Shown here: piece by piece, positions 32,951 to 33,199 of the stretch
Layout of the letters: each line of letters starts with the position of its first letter
Position numbering within the stretch: the first letter of the stretch is position 1
DNA from: Patescibacteria group bacterium
Lineage (GTDB): Bacteria > Patescibacteriota > Minisyncoccia > Phycocordibacterales > GWA1-40-21
DNA: 33,199 bases
Direction: 5' to 3'
Assembly: GCA_038078215.1 (NCBI GenBank)
Contig: JBBUED010000033.1
Coordinates: 6,696-39,894, forward strand
Notes under the pieces: generated by a model
Databases searched by the model: none
Told to the model about the DNA's origin: nothing
What the model saw: only the letters and a program-made list of their open reading frames with translations
Made by a program: the position numbers and the translations under genes

Positions 32951-32969
32951 ACAAATTTAGCAGACTTAT

Positions 32970-33056
32970 TGGTGCCCAGAAGAGGATTTGAACCTCCAAG
33001 GAATTGCTTCCACAAGCTTCTGAGGCCTGCGTGTCTACCAATTTCACCACCTGGGC
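32970..33056 (-). tRNA. tRNA-Leu (anticodon CAG), class II with long variable arm, CCA encoded
   Basis: Hand fold: acceptor GCCCAGG/TCTGGGC; D arm GTG-AAATTGGTAGA-CAC; anticodon stem CAGGC/GCTTG with loop CTCAGAA; variable arm GGAA-GCAA-TTCC; T arm GGAGG-TTCAAAT-CCTCT; 3' ACCA. TATAAT (plus-strand ATTATA, 33066-33071) lies just upstream. Confidence 0.9.
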
Positions 33057-33110
33057 GTTTTTTTTATTATACTATAAATTTACCGTCTTAAATTTCGCGG
33101 ACTAATTTTG

Positions 33111-33177
33111 TGCCGAGGAGAGGACTCGATCACGAATAATTTGATCGCCGTCGCTCGCAAATTTTCGCGACCCCGGC
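33111..33177 (-). other. 67-nt tRNA-like fragment (3' T-loop/acceptor-like end, no cloverleaf)
   Basis: The - strand ends ...ATCGAGT CCTCT CCTCGGC A, i.e. T-loop-like, T-stem-like, acceptor strand and discriminator, with no CCA. A 5' GCCGGGG could pair with CCTCGGC (one G:U). The interior forms two hairpins (TCGC/GCGA and GATCA/TGATC) but no T-stem partner. Confidence 0.25.
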
Positions 33178-33199
33178 TCGTCTATTTTTTCTGCTGAAA

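Noticed and set aside
32764-33015. 83-aa - strand ORF.
   Set aside because: It overlaps tRNA-Leu and the tRNA-like element, so this is translation of RNA-gene sequence.
1-33199. Alternative genetic code (UGA reassignment) and mobile or defence gene content.
   Set aside because: UGA terminates well-defined ORFs (for example 981-1421 and dnaG), and all housekeeping ORFs are intact in code 11. No transposase, integrase, restriction-modification, toxin-antitoxin or Cas-like protein motifs were recognised in any frame.

Overview
This is an AT-rich bacterial chromosomal window read in the standard code; UGA is used as a stop at 1419-1421 and at the end of dnaG. Most of it is core housekeeping. The + strand carries one block of rpoB-rpoC-dnaG-rpoD (6.3-16.5 kb), followed by a small Cys-rich protein and a UvrD-type helicase fused to a Cas4/AddB-like 4-Cys nuclease. 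Also present are hisS with a small DEDD exonuclease, a truB-like gene, an RRM RNA-binding protein, typA/bipA, an archaeal-type UMP kinase and tRNA-Leu(CAG). The left 6 kb is an envelope/redox set: DoxX, DsbA-like, a 4-TM protein, a 2-Cys peroxiredoxin, a CAP/SCP protein, a cupin and DedA. The centre has a second DsbA-like protein and a ZIP transporter. The right end has a secreted S8 subtilase and a 524-aa multi-pass membrane protein. The gene content suggests a small-genome uncultivated bacterium such as CPR/Patescibacteria, but that is inference only. I see no rRNA, CRISPR array, transposase, integrase, reverse transcriptase, or recognisable defence or toxin-antitoxin gene, so I cannot point to a novel protein-coding system. 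The unexplained signal is non-coding: (1) a six-copy family of intergenic palindromic elements with conserved CTTTGAATTRCGAAAC termini, modular interiors and compensatory base-pair changes between copies; (2) a second hairpin family (CTTGGTACTCCGACTACCAAG), one locus of which is a 44-bp near-perfect palindrome; (3) 7-bp-periodic ACCTA arrays directly upstream of three predicted promoters; (4) two tRNA-like elements flanking tRNA-Leu that keep acceptor-stem pairing but cannot form a cloverleaf. All calls were made by eye from the sequence and ORF track. No searches were run.
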